NCBI GenBank assembly: GCA_023249635.1
Contig: JAHFCH010000008.1
Location: forward strand, 2,810 to 66,809
Reading direction: 5' to 3'
Origin: Fibrobacterota bacterium
GTDB taxonomy: Bacteria > Fibrobacterota > Fibrobacteria > UBA11236
Length of the DNA stretch: 64,000 nucleotides
How positions within the stretch are numbered: position 1 is the first letter of the stretch; every line of letters starts with the position of its first letter. Of this stretch, positions 1 to 9,088 are shown in pieces. The notes under the pieces are model-generated. The model did no database searches and was not told the origin of the DNA. It saw only the letters and a list, made by a program, of their open reading frames with translations. A program made the translations under genes and the position numbers.

Positions 1-54
1 ATCGGGACCGCAGGTAAGGCTTCGAATCCGGCATAAAACCCCTATCAAACCCAA

Positions 55-1020
55 TTGTCCCATATTTTCCGTTGCCTGTCCTCCCCGGCGGGGGCTAAAA
101 TAAAGCGGCCTGCCCCTGCGGTTGGCGGAGGTCGGTTTTTGAGCCCCGAATCCACTGAATTGAAGGCATTGGTCCAGAAAATCACGGACCTGCCCACCTT
201 ACCGGCCATGATGGCGACGATAACGCGCCTCATGCAGGATCCCCGTACCTCGGCCGAAGAGCTGGGCCGGGCCATCGCCACCGATCCGGCCCTGGTCTCC
301 AAGGTCCTGAAATTGGTGAATTCCGCCTTCTACGGATTCCCCGGGCGCATCAGCACCATCACCCAGGCCATCGTGATCCTGGGATTCAGCACCATCCGCA
401 ACGTGGTGCTCACCACCTCGGTGCTCAAGGCATTCAATAAAAACGGATCCCATGCCTTCGACGTGGAGAAGTTCTGGGAGCATTCCCTGCTTACCGGCGC
501 CATCGCCCGCTCGCTCGCGGTGGAGCGCGAAGCCAATTTCATCGAAGAGACTTTCATCGCCGGCCTGTTGCACGACATGGGCCGTATCGTACTAAGCCAA
601 AAGCTCACCGCCGAATTCGATAAGGTCATCCTGGTCAAGGAGAAGGCCAACATCTCGCAATTGGCCGCCGAACAATCGGTGCTCAAGTTGACCCACGGCG
701 ATATCGGCGGCTGGCTGGCGCGCAAGTGGAACCTACCGATCCCTTTCGTCGAGGTGATGCGCCTGCATCATTCCCCGCTGGAGATACTGGCCCAGGAGCC
801 CCCCGCCCAACGCGATACCGCCAACCTGGTATTCCTGGTGCATGCCGCCGACGCGCTCTCCAAAGGGATCGTCGAAGGCAAGGTGCAATTCTCCGCCTGC
901 GCCGCCATCGATCCCAAGGTACGGGCCGATCTCAAACTGGAAGAAGCGGGCTGGGACAGGTTTCAACTGAGGACGGAAGAAGAGATCGGGAAGGCGCGCG
1001 CCTTCCTGGAAATCATCTGA
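55..1020 (+). CDS. HDOD-domain signal transduction protein
   Basis: Translation contains the HDOD signature (LPTLPAMMATITRLMQDP...ELGRAIATDPALVSKVLKLVNSAFYGFPGRISTITQAIVILGF...LLHDMGRIVL). The true start may be an internal Met near 208. Stop TGA at 1018-1020. Confidence 0.7.
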   Translation: MSHIFRCLSSPAGAKIKRPAPAVGGGRFLSPESTELKALVQKITDLPTLPAMMATITRLMQDPRTSAEELGRAIATDPALVSKVLKLVNSAFYGFPGRISTITQAIVILGFSTIRNVVLTTSVLKAFNKNGSHAFDVEKFWEHSLLTGAIARSLAVEREANFIEETFIAGLLHDMGRIVLSQKLTAEFDKVILVKEKANISQLAAEQSVLKLTHGDIGGWLARKWNLPIPFVEVMRLHHSPLEILAQEPPAQRDTANLVFLVHAADALSKGIVEGKVQFSACAAIDPKVRADLKLEEAGWDRFQLRTEEEIGKARAFLEII

Positions 1021-1031
1021 AGGGAACGACC

Positions 1032-1322
1032 ATGCCTACCGAATACAAACGCTCGTCCAAGAAGAAGCTCGCCATGGAGCAACTGCAGGACATCTCGTTG
1101 CCGGTGAGCCTGGAACTGGGGCACAAGCTGCTGCGCGTCAAGGAACTGCTCGAGTTGTCTCCCGGACGCATCGTCAAGCTGGATAGGTTGGCGGGCGAAC
1201 CCGTCGACCTGGTCATCAACGGCAAGACCATCGCCAAGGGCGAGGTTGCCGTCATCGACGAAAACTTCGCGGTGCGCATCGTGACCTTGCTCAGCCCCGA
1301 AGAGCGCCTCAAGCTTTTGTAG
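1032..1322 (+). CDS. fliN: FliN/SpoA-domain flagellar motor switch family protein (~96 aa)
   Basis: ATG at 1032 lies 11 nt after the HDOD stop, downstream of an AGGGA Shine-Dalgarno. The C-terminus PVDLVINGKTIAKGEVAVIDENFAVRIVTLL matches the FliN/SpoA surface-presentation-of-antigens fold. It is the in-frame internal start of the ORF listed at 726. Confidence 0.55.
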   Translation: MPTEYKRSSKKKLAMEQLQDISLPVSLELGHKLLRVKELLELSPGRIVKLDRLAGEPVDLVINGKTIAKGEVAVIDENFAVRIVTLLSPEERLKLL

Positions 1323-1325
1323 ACG

Positions 1326-2504
1326 TCAAGCTACCGGCGATTCCGGCGGCTGCGGTGTTGATGGCCGCGTAGGCACCAGCCAGTCCTCATCCACCAGATG
1401 AGGATGACTCAATCCCAGGTTCGCCAAATCCTCCCGCGCCGCCTGGCTCAGGTGCTGTGAATCCGGATCCCGATCGATACGCCCCAACTCCTCGCGCAAT
1501 TCGCGCCGCTTGGTCTCGGTGTCCGACATGGGATTGGCCACTATATCGTTGAAGAATCTCTGCTGTTCGGCGCGCTCCACGTGGACGGTATCGTAATTGG
1601 CGCGTACCATGTCCGAAAGTTCGGTGTTATGCGTCCCGTTCCAGGTCGGCGGCGGTTGCGGGGGCGGAGTCTCGGCCCCGGCGGGAATGCGTTCTCCCGC
1701 CGGGCCCGTGAAACCTACGCGCGTATGCTTCTCAGGCAGCGGATCCCGGTAGTCATGGTTCCATTGGGAATTCACCGCGTCCATCCTGGGGTTGGGCGGG
1801 GCGGGCGGCCGGTAATGGCTGAAATCCAGGGGCGGGAGGACCCGGCCGCCGCCGGCGATCCCGAACGGCTGCGGTAGAAATGCGGTGAACGGCGAGGACG
1901 GTGGGATATCCGGCCAGGACGAGGGACCGGGAAATCCCTCCCCGAGCAACATGGAACCGTGTCCTGCGATAGGCGTGGGCGAAGTAGGCCCAGGGCTTTC
2001 CTCGCGAACCGGATCGTAAGGGCGGCCGGATGTGGACGGCGAAGCCGGTAAGGATCGGTGGGCAGGCCGGGGAGAAGCGGGCGGCGCATGCAACTCCGCA
2101 TGCGCGGGGCGGGGAGAGGCCGGCGGGGTAAGGCGAGCCGGCTCCCTATCCGGAGGCAAGGAGGGAAGGCGATGCCCCAAGGGCGAAGGTCCATCCGCGA
2201 GATTCAGGGGAGCGAGTTCAATCGGGGCCTGGGGCGGGAAATGGGTTGATGGGCCTCCGCTCGCGCCTGGAGGCGGAGGCAAGGTGGGACGCTCGCCGGG
2301 AAACAGAGAGGGCGTTCCCGATCCTACCCGGGGCGGCTGCGGGGAATTCCTCCCCTCCTGGGAGATAGGATTGAATCGTTGGGTGTGACGGGCGGGATCG
2401 GTATTCCCTGGGCCCAGGGCTTTCGGCATGGCTTCTTTCGACCCCGGGGCAAAAGGCCCGGCAGGCATGTTCCCATAGTAACCGAACCGGGCGCGTGTCG
2501 CCAT
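1326..2504 (-). CDS. proline/glycine-rich hypothetical protein with a non-repetitive C-terminal domain
   Basis: The minus-strand ORF runs 433 codons, which is long for a spurious ORF. The N-terminal two thirds are Pro/Gly/Arg-rich; the last ~110 aa have normal composition (DMVRANYDTVHVERAEQQRFFNDIVANPMSDTETKRRELREELGRIDRD). The start was placed at an internal Met to avoid overlap with lptD, but the true start is uncertain. Confidence 0.3.
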   Translation of the reverse strand: MATRARFGYYGNMPAGPFAPGSKEAMPKALGPGNTDPARHTQRFNPISQEGRNSPQPPRVGSGTPSLFPGERPTLPPPPGASGGPSTHFPPQAPIELAPLNLADGPSPLGHRLPSLPPDREPARLTPPASPRPAHAELHAPPASPRPAHRSLPASPSTSGRPYDPVREESPGPTSPTPIAGHGSMLLGEGFPGPSSWPDIPPSSPFTAFLPQPFGIAGGGRVLPPLDFSHYRPPAPPNPRMDAVNSQWNHDYRDPLPEKHTRVGFTGPAGERIPAGAETPPPQPPPTWNGTHNTELSDMVRANYDTVHVERAEQQRFFNDIVANPMSDTETKRRELREELGRIDRDPDSQHLSQAAREDLANLGLSHPHLVDEDWLVPTRPSTPQPPESPVA

Positions 2505-5185
2505 ATGCCGCAACCGCTTCGGAGGCGGCTGGTTACGGCGGCCTTTTTCTATTTTTTGAGGCAATGCCGGATTCCTCGCAGCGCGAACGCCCGAATCGCT
2601 CCGGCTTTTCCGCGTCCCTACCCGCAAGCCTGTTCCCGGCGATCCTTTTCGCGGCCCTGGTTACGCTTTTTGCTCCCGCTCCCGCCCAGGAATTGCATTC
2701 CCTCTCCCATGCCTCCCAGGACAGCCTGGCAGCCAAGGCGAAAGCCGACTCCACGCAAGCGCATGCCGATTCCCTCAAAGCCGATTCGCTGGGCACGCGC
2801 GCCGATACCGTGAACTACTCCGCCAAGCGCATCCGCTATCGCAGCGATCGCTTCTCGCTCTCGGATAAAGCCCTGCTTACCTACCGGGGATCATCATTGG
2901 TGGCCGACTCCATCATCTATTACAGCCAGGACAATATGGTCGAGGCCATGGGCGCTCCGCTCATCACCGATCCCGTGCAGCCGCCCATCCAAGGCTACAA
3001 GATGCGTTACAATCTCAAGACCCGCGTGGGTGAGATTTACTACGGCTCTTCCAAGAAGGGGAACCAGACCTTCAACGGGGTAGAAGTGCGCCGCCAAAAG
3101 GACGGCGACATTCTCATCGCCCGCGGCGATTTCTCCACCTGCGACATCCCCCTGGACAAGCATTATTTCTTCTACAGCCGCCGCATGATCCTGGAGCCCA
3201 AGTCCAAGGTGCTTTCCGGGCCCATCGTCATGAACGTGGGCGACGTACCGGTTGCCATCCTGCCCATGATGGTGATGCCGTTGGGCAGCGGCCGGCGTTC
3301 CGGATTATTGCAGCCCAAATTCGGCGGCGATCAGACCCAAGGCTTCTACCTCACCGGGCTGGGATATTACTGGGCCATCAACGATTATACCGATTTCATG
3401 GTGGCGGGGGATCTCATCGAAGGCGAAAGCGGCACCTTCGATCGCACCAACCTCAATTCCACCTTCCGGTACAACAAGCGTTACGCCTACAGCGGCAGCA
3501 TCGGGGGCAAATACTACGTGAGCGAGTTCGACCCCCAGAACGCGGGCTGGAGCGCGGACTACGCCCATGATCAGAACATCACGCCCGATGCCAAGCAGAC
3601 CCTGAAGGGCTCCGGGCGTTTCCAATCCGATCCCAATATCGTGGATCGCAATGCGCTGAACGTCGAGGACAAGAGCAAGCAGACCGCCAACGCCACCTTG
3701 GGATACCGTCGCCAGTTCGATTGGAATCAAGCCACCTTCAACGCCGATTTCACCCAGGACAATAATCTTACCGACGACCTGGTCGATCGCAGCCTGCCTG
3801 ATCTCCGCTTCCGCGTGAGCGCGCCTTTGTTCCCCAAAGCGGACGACGAAGGCTCGGCCTTGCTGGCCGGGGACGATCCCTGGTACCGCAAGATCACGTA
3901 CAGCTACGACAACCGGTTCAACCTCAACCAGACCAGCCATCCCACCACCGCTACGGCCGCCGGATACGACTACACCTACTCCGGCTACCTCGATCATCTC
4001 GGGCTTTCCGCGAAGTATCCCTTGCTGCAGTATTTCAACGTAACGCCCTCGGCCAACGTGAGCCAGATGTGGACCTCGACCCAGCGCGGGCCTGCGGGCG
4101 ATCCCGTGCTGAATGCCTGGGACCCGAGCAACGGCGAGACAGGAGAATACTTCGCGTTCTTCAATACCGGCGCCTCCCTGGATACGCGCATCTACGGCAT
4201 CGCCCAACCCGAGAACGGTCCCTGGTTCGGTAAGCTCGGAGGCATCCGGCATACCATCATACCCAGCATGAGTTATACCTACGCGCCCAAGATCGATTCC
4301 AACCCGCGCTTCCTTCCCGACCCCAAGATCGGCGGGACGGCCTTCCAGGCTCGGCAGCAGACGGTGGGCTTCGTATTGGGAAACGACGTGGACTTGAAGC
4401 TGGCACCGGAACAGGGAGCGGCTTCGGCGAATGGGCAGCCTTCAGCAACAGCAACGGCGCCGACTGCGGCAGGAGCGGCGGCCAAGCCTCCCAAGGGGGA
4501 AACCTACAAGTTGCTCTCCTCCTCTTCCTCGATCAATTACAACTTCGCGAAGGACGTACGGGAATGGTCCGATATCCCCAGCACCTTCAGCCTGTACCTT
4601 ACCCGGAACGTCGCCTTCACCATCAGTACCGTGCACACGTTGTATGACGATTTCGCCACGGGTGGCGAGAAGGACGTGCTGGTTTCCCCCATCCTCTCCT
4701 CTTACAGCTTCGGCTGGCGCAAAGGCGTCTCCGTGGCGGGAACCTTCAACGACGGCGTGCGCCTGCGGGATACGCGCGGATTCCCCACCGATCGCTTCGA
4801 CACCACGCCCTGGTCCATGGACCTCAACTACAGCTTCGACTTCAATTCCACCCGCGTGGGCGGGGACGACGCCTCTTCATTCGAACGGATGTTCGGGACC
4901 GGCGGAACCTTCCGGCGCACGCGCACCCACAACGCCAGCGGCAGCCTCAAGCTCAATCCCACTGCGGGATGGCAAATGGCTTACGATACCGACTACAACT
5001 TTTCCGAAGGGAAATTCTCCAAGCATTCCTTTTCCTTCCACCGCGTGCTGCATTGCTGGGAAATGGATTTCCGCTGGACCCCTCAGGGCATTTCGGAAGG
5101 GTGGAACTTCAACATCCGCATCACCGAATTGCCGGACGTGAAGCTGGAAACCAGCGATACGCGCTCGCGCAGCCTGAAACGCTGA
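2495..5185 (+). CDS. lptD: LptD/OstA-family outer-membrane LPS-assembly protein
   Basis: The N-terminus has a signal peptide. An OstA-like domain follows (ADTVNYSAKRIRYRSDRFSLSDKALLTYRGSSLVADSIIYY...GYKMRYNLKTRVGEIYYG...ARGDFSTCD). The C-terminal ~600 aa are beta-barrel-like with alternating aromatic-rich strands. The start may be at the downstream Met near 2564. Confidence 0.65.
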   Translation: MSPYAATASEAAGYGGLFLFFEAMPDSSQRERPNRSGFSASLPASLFPAILFAALVTLFAPAPAQELHSLSHASQDSLAAKAKADSTQAHADSLKADSLGTRADTVNYSAKRIRYRSDRFSLSDKALLTYRGSSLVADSIIYYSQDNMVEAMGAPLITDPVQPPIQGYKMRYNLKTRVGEIYYGSSKKGNQTFNGVEVRRQKDGDILIARGDFSTCDIPLDKHYFFYSRRMILEPKSKVLSGPIVMNVGDVPVAILPMMVMPLGSGRRSGLLQPKFGGDQTQGFYLTGLGYYWAINDYTDFMVAGDLIEGESGTFDRTNLNSTFRYNKRYAYSGSIGGKYYVSEFDPQNAGWSADYAHDQNITPDAKQTLKGSGRFQSDPNIVDRNALNVEDKSKQTANATLGYRRQFDWNQATFNADFTQDNNLTDDLVDRSLPDLRFRVSAPLFPKADDEGSALLAGDDPWYRKITYSYDNRFNLNQTSHPTTATAAGYDYTYSGYLDHLGLSAKYPLLQYFNVTPSANVSQMWTSTQRGPAGDPVLNAWDPSNGETGEYFAFFNTGASLDTRIYGIAQPENGPWFGKLGGIRHTIIPSMSYTYAPKIDSNPRFLPDPKIGGTAFQARQQTVGFVLGNDVDLKLAPEQGAASANGQPSATATAPTAAGAAAKPPKGETYKLLSSSSSINYNFAKDVREWSDIPSTFSLYLTRNVAFTISTVHTLYDDFATGGEKDVLVSPILSSYSFGWRKGVSVAGTFNDGVRLRDTRGFPTDRFDTTPWSMDLNYSFDFNSTRVGGDDASSFERMFGTGGTFRRTRTHNASGSLKLNPTAGWQMAYDTDYNFSEGKFSKHSFSFHRVLHCWEMDFRWTPQGISEGWNFNIRITELPDVKLETSDTRSRSLKR

Positions 5186-5255
5186 CGCATCCCGCCTCGA
5201 TAAACTAAATTAAGGGCTATGCTTACGCCTTCCGCGCGCCTTTCAAGCCCTTGGT

Positions 5256-5843
5256 TTGAAAGGATTTATGCAGAAACCTAGGCTGGTCCTGGCCAGCCGT
5301 TCGCCGCGGCGGGAACAGATCCTGCGGATGCTGGGTCTGGACTTCACGGTACAAGTGCCGGACTACGAGGAAATCAACCCTCCGGGGATGGATCCGCACC
5401 GGATCCCGGAACACCTGGCCCGCGGCAAGGCCTCGGCCCTGCGCGGTATCGCGGCGGGTACCCTGGTGCTCGGATCGGATACGCTGGTGTTACTGGGGGA
5501 TCGCATCCTCGGTAAACCGGATGGCGCGACGGGCGCATTGGAAATGCTCACCGCCCTCAATGGCCGCACCCATCAGGTGGTGACGGGAGTGGCCGTGGCG
5601 CAGGACGGCGAAGTGCTGGATTCCGGCGCGACCGTCACCCAAGTGACCTTCGCGCGGTTGTCCGACGCCGAGATCCGGGATTACGCCGCCAGCGAAGAAC
5701 CGCTGGACAAGGCCGGGGCCTACGCCATCCAGGGCTATGGCGCCCGGTTGGTGGACAAGGTGGATGGATGCTTTTACAACGTCATGGGCCTGCCTATCCA
5801 GCTGACTTTGCGGATGCTGGCCCCATACTTGAATAGGGATTAG
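5256..5843 (+). CDS. maf: Maf-like nucleoside triphosphate pyrophosphatase (septum formation protein)
   Basis: LVLASRSPRREQILRMLGLDF...VLGSDTLVLLGDRILGKP...AYAIQGYGARLVDKVDGCFYNVMGLP matches the Maf family along its whole length. Confidence 0.85.
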   Translation: MKGFMQKPRLVLASRSPRREQILRMLGLDFTVQVPDYEEINPPGMDPHRIPEHLARGKASALRGIAAGTLVLGSDTLVLLGDRILGKPDGATGALEMLTALNGRTHQVVTGVAVAQDGEVLDSGATVTQVTFARLSDAEIRDYAASEEPLDKAGAYAIQGYGARLVDKVDGCFYNVMGLPIQLTLRMLAPYLNRD

Positions 5844-5850
5844 GAGCGAC

Positions 5851-6795
5851 ATGAACGAGGAAAGCAACGCCGGAGCCCAAGCAGCCGGAGAGAGCGTAGG
5901 TTCGATACTGCGCAAGGCCCGCTTGGCGGCCAAGATCGACATCAACAAGATCTGCACCGATTTGCGCATTTCGCCCCAGGCCCTGGAAGCCTTGGAAGAA
6001 GGCAATCACCACCTGTTGCCGGGCGATCCCTACATCCGCGCCCTGCTGGGGTCACTGGGACGTTACCTCAACGTCGATCCCAAGGCCCTGGTGCAGAATT
6101 ACAACCAGGACATCGGCGCCGTGCACGCCGCGCCCTCCATCGCGCCCTACAAGGACCGCGCTTCCACGCATACCGCCGCGCACAAGCAGATCTTTTTCGT
6201 AATCTTCGCCGTGCTCATCGTGGTACTGGTGGTGCTCATCAACCAGTTGAAGAAGGGCGATTCGTCTTCGGGAGCCCCGCCGGCCCCCGCCTCCACGGGT
6301 TCCGCCGACAGCCTGTCCCCTCCCCTGGATACCCTGGAAAGCAAATCCCTGGCGCCCGACTCGGGCATGGCCAAGGGTTCGCCCGATTCCGGGGAAACCC
6401 ACGGGCTGGGTACTGCCGGGCCTGCCGCGCTCCACCCGGCCGCGCGCATGGACAGCCTGAAGACCGCCGCTTCGGCCGGTTCCTCCGCCCCCCCCGTGGC
6501 CGCCGTCCCGGCCGCCACCGCCGTAGTCCCCGCCCCCGCGGTGGAAACCGCCGGCCTCAATTCCGCCGTCATCAAGCCCCTCATCGACAGCGTGGGGATC
6601 AAGGTGGTCCGCTCCGGCAAAGAGGATTTCGGCACGGTTTTGCGCCTGGGCAAGCAAATGCAGGTTAGCCATACCGATACCATCGTGGTCATGATTTCCA
6701 AGCGGAAAGCCGTAGAAGTGACCTTGGCCGGCAAGACCGTGATCCCGGAGCGGAAAAGGTTTAAAATATTCGGGACCACCCTGAAAACGTTCTGA
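5851..6795 (+). CDS. rodZ: RodZ-like cytoskeleton protein (XRE-type HTH, one TM helix, C-terminal domain)
   Basis: N-terminal HTH (GSILRKARLAAKIDINKICTDLRISPQALEALEEGNHHLLPGDPYIRALLGSLGRYL). A single TM segment (IFFVIFAVLIVVLVVLI) follows. Then a Pro/Ala-rich linker and a C-terminal DUF4115-like domain. Confidence 0.6.
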   Translation: MNEESNAGAQAAGESVGSILRKARLAAKIDINKICTDLRISPQALEALEEGNHHLLPGDPYIRALLGSLGRYLNVDPKALVQNYNQDIGAVHAAPSIAPYKDRASTHTAAHKQIFFVIFAVLIVVLVVLINQLKKGDSSSGAPPAPASTGSADSLSPPLDTLESKSLAPDSGMAKGSPDSGETHGLGTAGPAALHPAARMDSLKTAASAGSSAPPVAAVPAATAVVPAPAVETAGLNSAVIKPLIDSVGIKVVRSGKEDFGTVLRLGKQMQVSHTDTIVVMISKRKAVEVTLAGKTVIPERKRFKIFGTTLKTF

Positions 6796-6992
6796 TGACC
6801 ATAGCCATACTTCTCCTATCCGCCCTGGTGCTGCCGCTGGCCCTGGTCTACCTGACCCTGGCCGTGAACGATTTCGAGAAGAATACCAAGGCGCTGGGCG
6901 CGCTTTTGCAGAAGCGGTATCACATCGAGCCGCCCAAGAAGGCCACCAACGCGACCGCCATGCAATCCATGGTGAAACCAGGCAAGGCCTAA
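6795..6992 (+). CDS. small hydrophobic protein (65 aa) translationally coupled to rodZ
   Basis: ATG at 6795 overlaps the rodZ TGA (6793-6795). The predicted TM helix is MTIAILLLSALVLPLALVYLTLAV. Confidence 0.35.
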   Translation: MTIAILLLSALVLPLALVYLTLAVNDFEKNTKALGALLQKRYHIEPPKKATNATAMQSMVKPGKA

Positions 6993-7031
6993 CCGGCCCG
7001 TCCCACACACCAGCAGAACCAGGCGGACCAT

Positions 7032-7625
7032 TTGACTCGCAAGGCCGAAATCAAGCGCAAGACCAAAGAGACCGACATCAAGCTGTCGTTGGATCTCGAC
7101 GACGCCTTCGATGGACCCATCAGCACCGGCTCCGCCTTTTTGGATCACATGCTGGATTTGCTGCGCAAGCACGGCGGCTTCGGACTTTCGGTGGAATGCA
7201 AAGGCGATACCGACATCGACATGCACCACTCCTGCGAGGACATCGCCATTTGCCTGGGTGAAGCGCTACTCAAGGCCGTGGGCGACAAAAAAGGCATCGA
7301 ACGCTACGGGTTCTATTATGTGACCATGGACGAGGCCCTGGCGCGCTGCTGCCTGGACCTCTCGGGCCGCATCGGCTTCGTCTACAACGCGGCCATCCCC
7401 ACCGCCCGCATCGGCAACCTGGATACCGAGCTGATAGAGCATTTCTTCCAAAGCGTCGCCGAGAACGCCAAGATGAACCTGCATCTCGATCTGCTGCGCG
7501 GGACCAATACCCATCATTGCATCGAAGGCATGTTCAAGGCATTCGCCCGCGCCCTGTCGATGGCCATTTCGCCTTCGCGCCGCGTGGCCGGCGTGCCCTC
7601 CACCAAAGGCACGCTCAATGCGTGA
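7032..7625 (+). CDS. hisB: imidazoleglycerol-phosphate dehydratase
   Basis: Full-length match to IGPD, including the Mn-binding histidine motifs (FLDHMLDLL, DMHHSCEDIAICLG, NTHHCIEGMFKAFARAL). TTG start at 7032. Confidence 0.9.
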   Translation: MTRKAEIKRKTKETDIKLSLDLDDAFDGPISTGSAFLDHMLDLLRKHGGFGLSVECKGDTDIDMHHSCEDIAICLGEALLKAVGDKKGIERYGFYYVTMDEALARCCLDLSGRIGFVYNAAIPTARIGNLDTELIEHFFQSVAENAKMNLHLDLLRGTNTHHCIEGMFKAFARALSMAISPSRRVAGVPSTKGTLNA

Positions 7626-7643
7626 CTCAGGTACGCTCAATGC

Positions 7644-8525
7644 GTGACGCGGGTGCTTTGCACGCGTAACGCGCTGCTGAGCCTGGCGCTCGCGTTGGCC
7701 GGCGCCGCCAACGCCGCGGTCGCTCCCGACTGGACCCCCGCCGATTCCCTGGCCGCCGCGCGTATCGTCGCGGTACTGGCGCACCATCCCGAATCCATCG
7801 ACTCGCTTACCGCCGGTTCCATCACCCGGGATCATCCCTTGGGTTTCGGCCGCCGCCTGCGCGAGGCTTGGGTCAATCCCGCCGGCAAGCTGGGTTTCGC
7901 CTTCAAGATCGTTTACGCAGGCACCCGACCGCTGGGCTTCGAAGCCCGGCCGGTAATGAATTACGGCGGCCTGCGCGACCGGCAATGGCCCGCGTTGGCG
8001 CCGGTATTCGCGCGTCCCAAGCGGGACGGGGCCAATCCAGAGCCCTTCCATTGGAACCTGGCGGAGGCCTCGGCCCCGCTGCCCGCCGATTCCTTGCTGC
8101 TCCCGGAAGATTCCCTGCCCTCGCCCGCCATCCGCCAGGCCCTGGCCTATTACATGTCGCCCTACTCCGGCACCCTGTACGGGCTGCGCGGAGGGGAAGC
8201 CGGGCAATTGCTGGAAAACCGGGATCGCTTCCTGGACGTGGGCGGGATCATAGCGGCGGACCGGAAACTCGCGCGTTACCTGCTGCGCAGCCCCAATCCC
8301 GCGACGCGGCTGACCGCGGTGGAATTCATCATCCGCAACCAGGCCGGCTACGCCGATTTCGACAAGCTACAGGGGACGGCCTTTCGGGCCGCTTACGCGA
8401 ATCCCCCCAAGGCCGCCACCCTGCGCGGCAGCTCGGTAAGCGAAGAGGACCCCCGCAAGCTGGTGGCCGAGTGCGCGCGCCAGGACGCCTATCGCGACGG
8501 CCGTGGCGTGCTGCGCATGTTCTGA
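7644..8525 (+). CDS. hypothetical secreted protein
   Basis: GTG start followed by a signal peptide (LLSLALALAGAANAAVA). Composition is normal throughout. The overlapping ORF 7868-8683 in another frame is Arg/Gly-rich and judged spurious. Confidence 0.45.
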   Translation: MTRVLCTRNALLSLALALAGAANAAVAPDWTPADSLAAARIVAVLAHHPESIDSLTAGSITRDHPLGFGRRLREAWVNPAGKLGFAFKIVYAGTRPLGFEARPVMNYGGLRDRQWPALAPVFARPKRDGANPEPFHWNLAEASAPLPADSLLLPEDSLPSPAIRQALAYYMSPYSGTLYGLRGGEAGQLLENRDRFLDVGGIIAADRKLARYLLRSPNPATRLTAVEFIIRNQAGYADFDKLQGTAFRAAYANPPKAATLRGSSVSEEDPRKLVAECARQDAYRDGRGVLRMF

Positions 8526-8535
8526 AGCACGCGCT

Positions 8536-8928
8536 TCAGGTTTGGGGCTGCCCTGCGCCCGCCATGACCCGCGCCACGCGCGCCAGCAGATCCGAAGGCG
8601 AGAAGGGCTTGCGCAGGAAATCGGCCTGCCCCGTGCGCACTTCCTGGAACACCCGATCATCGTCGGTAAATGCCGACATGTAGAGCACGCGGATCCCGGG
8701 CCGCAACTTGCGCATGGCATCCGCCAGATCGCAACCGTTCAGCTTGGGGCCCATGCGGATATCCGTCAGCAAAAGGTGGATGGGGAATGGATGGTTGTCG
8801 TTGACGTACAGCGCATCCTCGCCGCTGGCCCCGAAGATGACCGTATAGCCCTCCATGTAGAGCACGGTCTTGGCGAATTGGACGATGGACGCGTTATCGT
8901 CAACAACAAGTATGGTCTTGCCTTCCAT
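8536..8928 (-). CDS. stand-alone response regulator, CheY-like receiver domain
   Basis: ILVVDDNASIVQFAKTVL...LLLTDIRMGPKLNGCDLADAMRKLRPGIRVLYMSAFTDDD...DFLRKPF carries the DD pair, the phosphoacceptor D, and the T/S and K positions of a receiver domain. Confidence 0.8.
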   Translation of the reverse strand: MEGKTILVVDDNASIVQFAKTVLYMEGYTVIFGASGEDALYVNDNHPFPIHLLLTDIRMGPKLNGCDLADAMRKLRPGIRVLYMSAFTDDDRVFQEVRTGQADFLRKPFSPSDLLARVARVMAGAGQPQT

Positions 8929-9088
8929 GGGCCCTCCCCCGATTGATCCATTCTAGGGGCAACCGGGCACTCGCTTCCATTAGCTAGAATCGCGACCGAT
9001 TACACCCAAGGAAATAGGCCCGGGACGGGGGAAAGCGCGCAAATCCGGCTGAAGAAGCGCGTAATACGCCGAGGTTTTTTTGGGAGCT

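Noticed and set aside
3305-4252. 315-aa minus-strand ORF
   Set aside because: Lies wholly antisense inside the lptD-like gene. Gly/Val-rich with no homology.
6052-7008. 318-aa minus-strand ORF
   Set aside because: Antisense to rodZ. Gly/Arg-rich.
7868-8683. 271-aa ORF overlapping the hypothetical secreted protein in another frame
   Set aside because: Arg/Gly/Pro-rich low-complexity translation. The 7644-8525 frame has a signal peptide and balanced composition.
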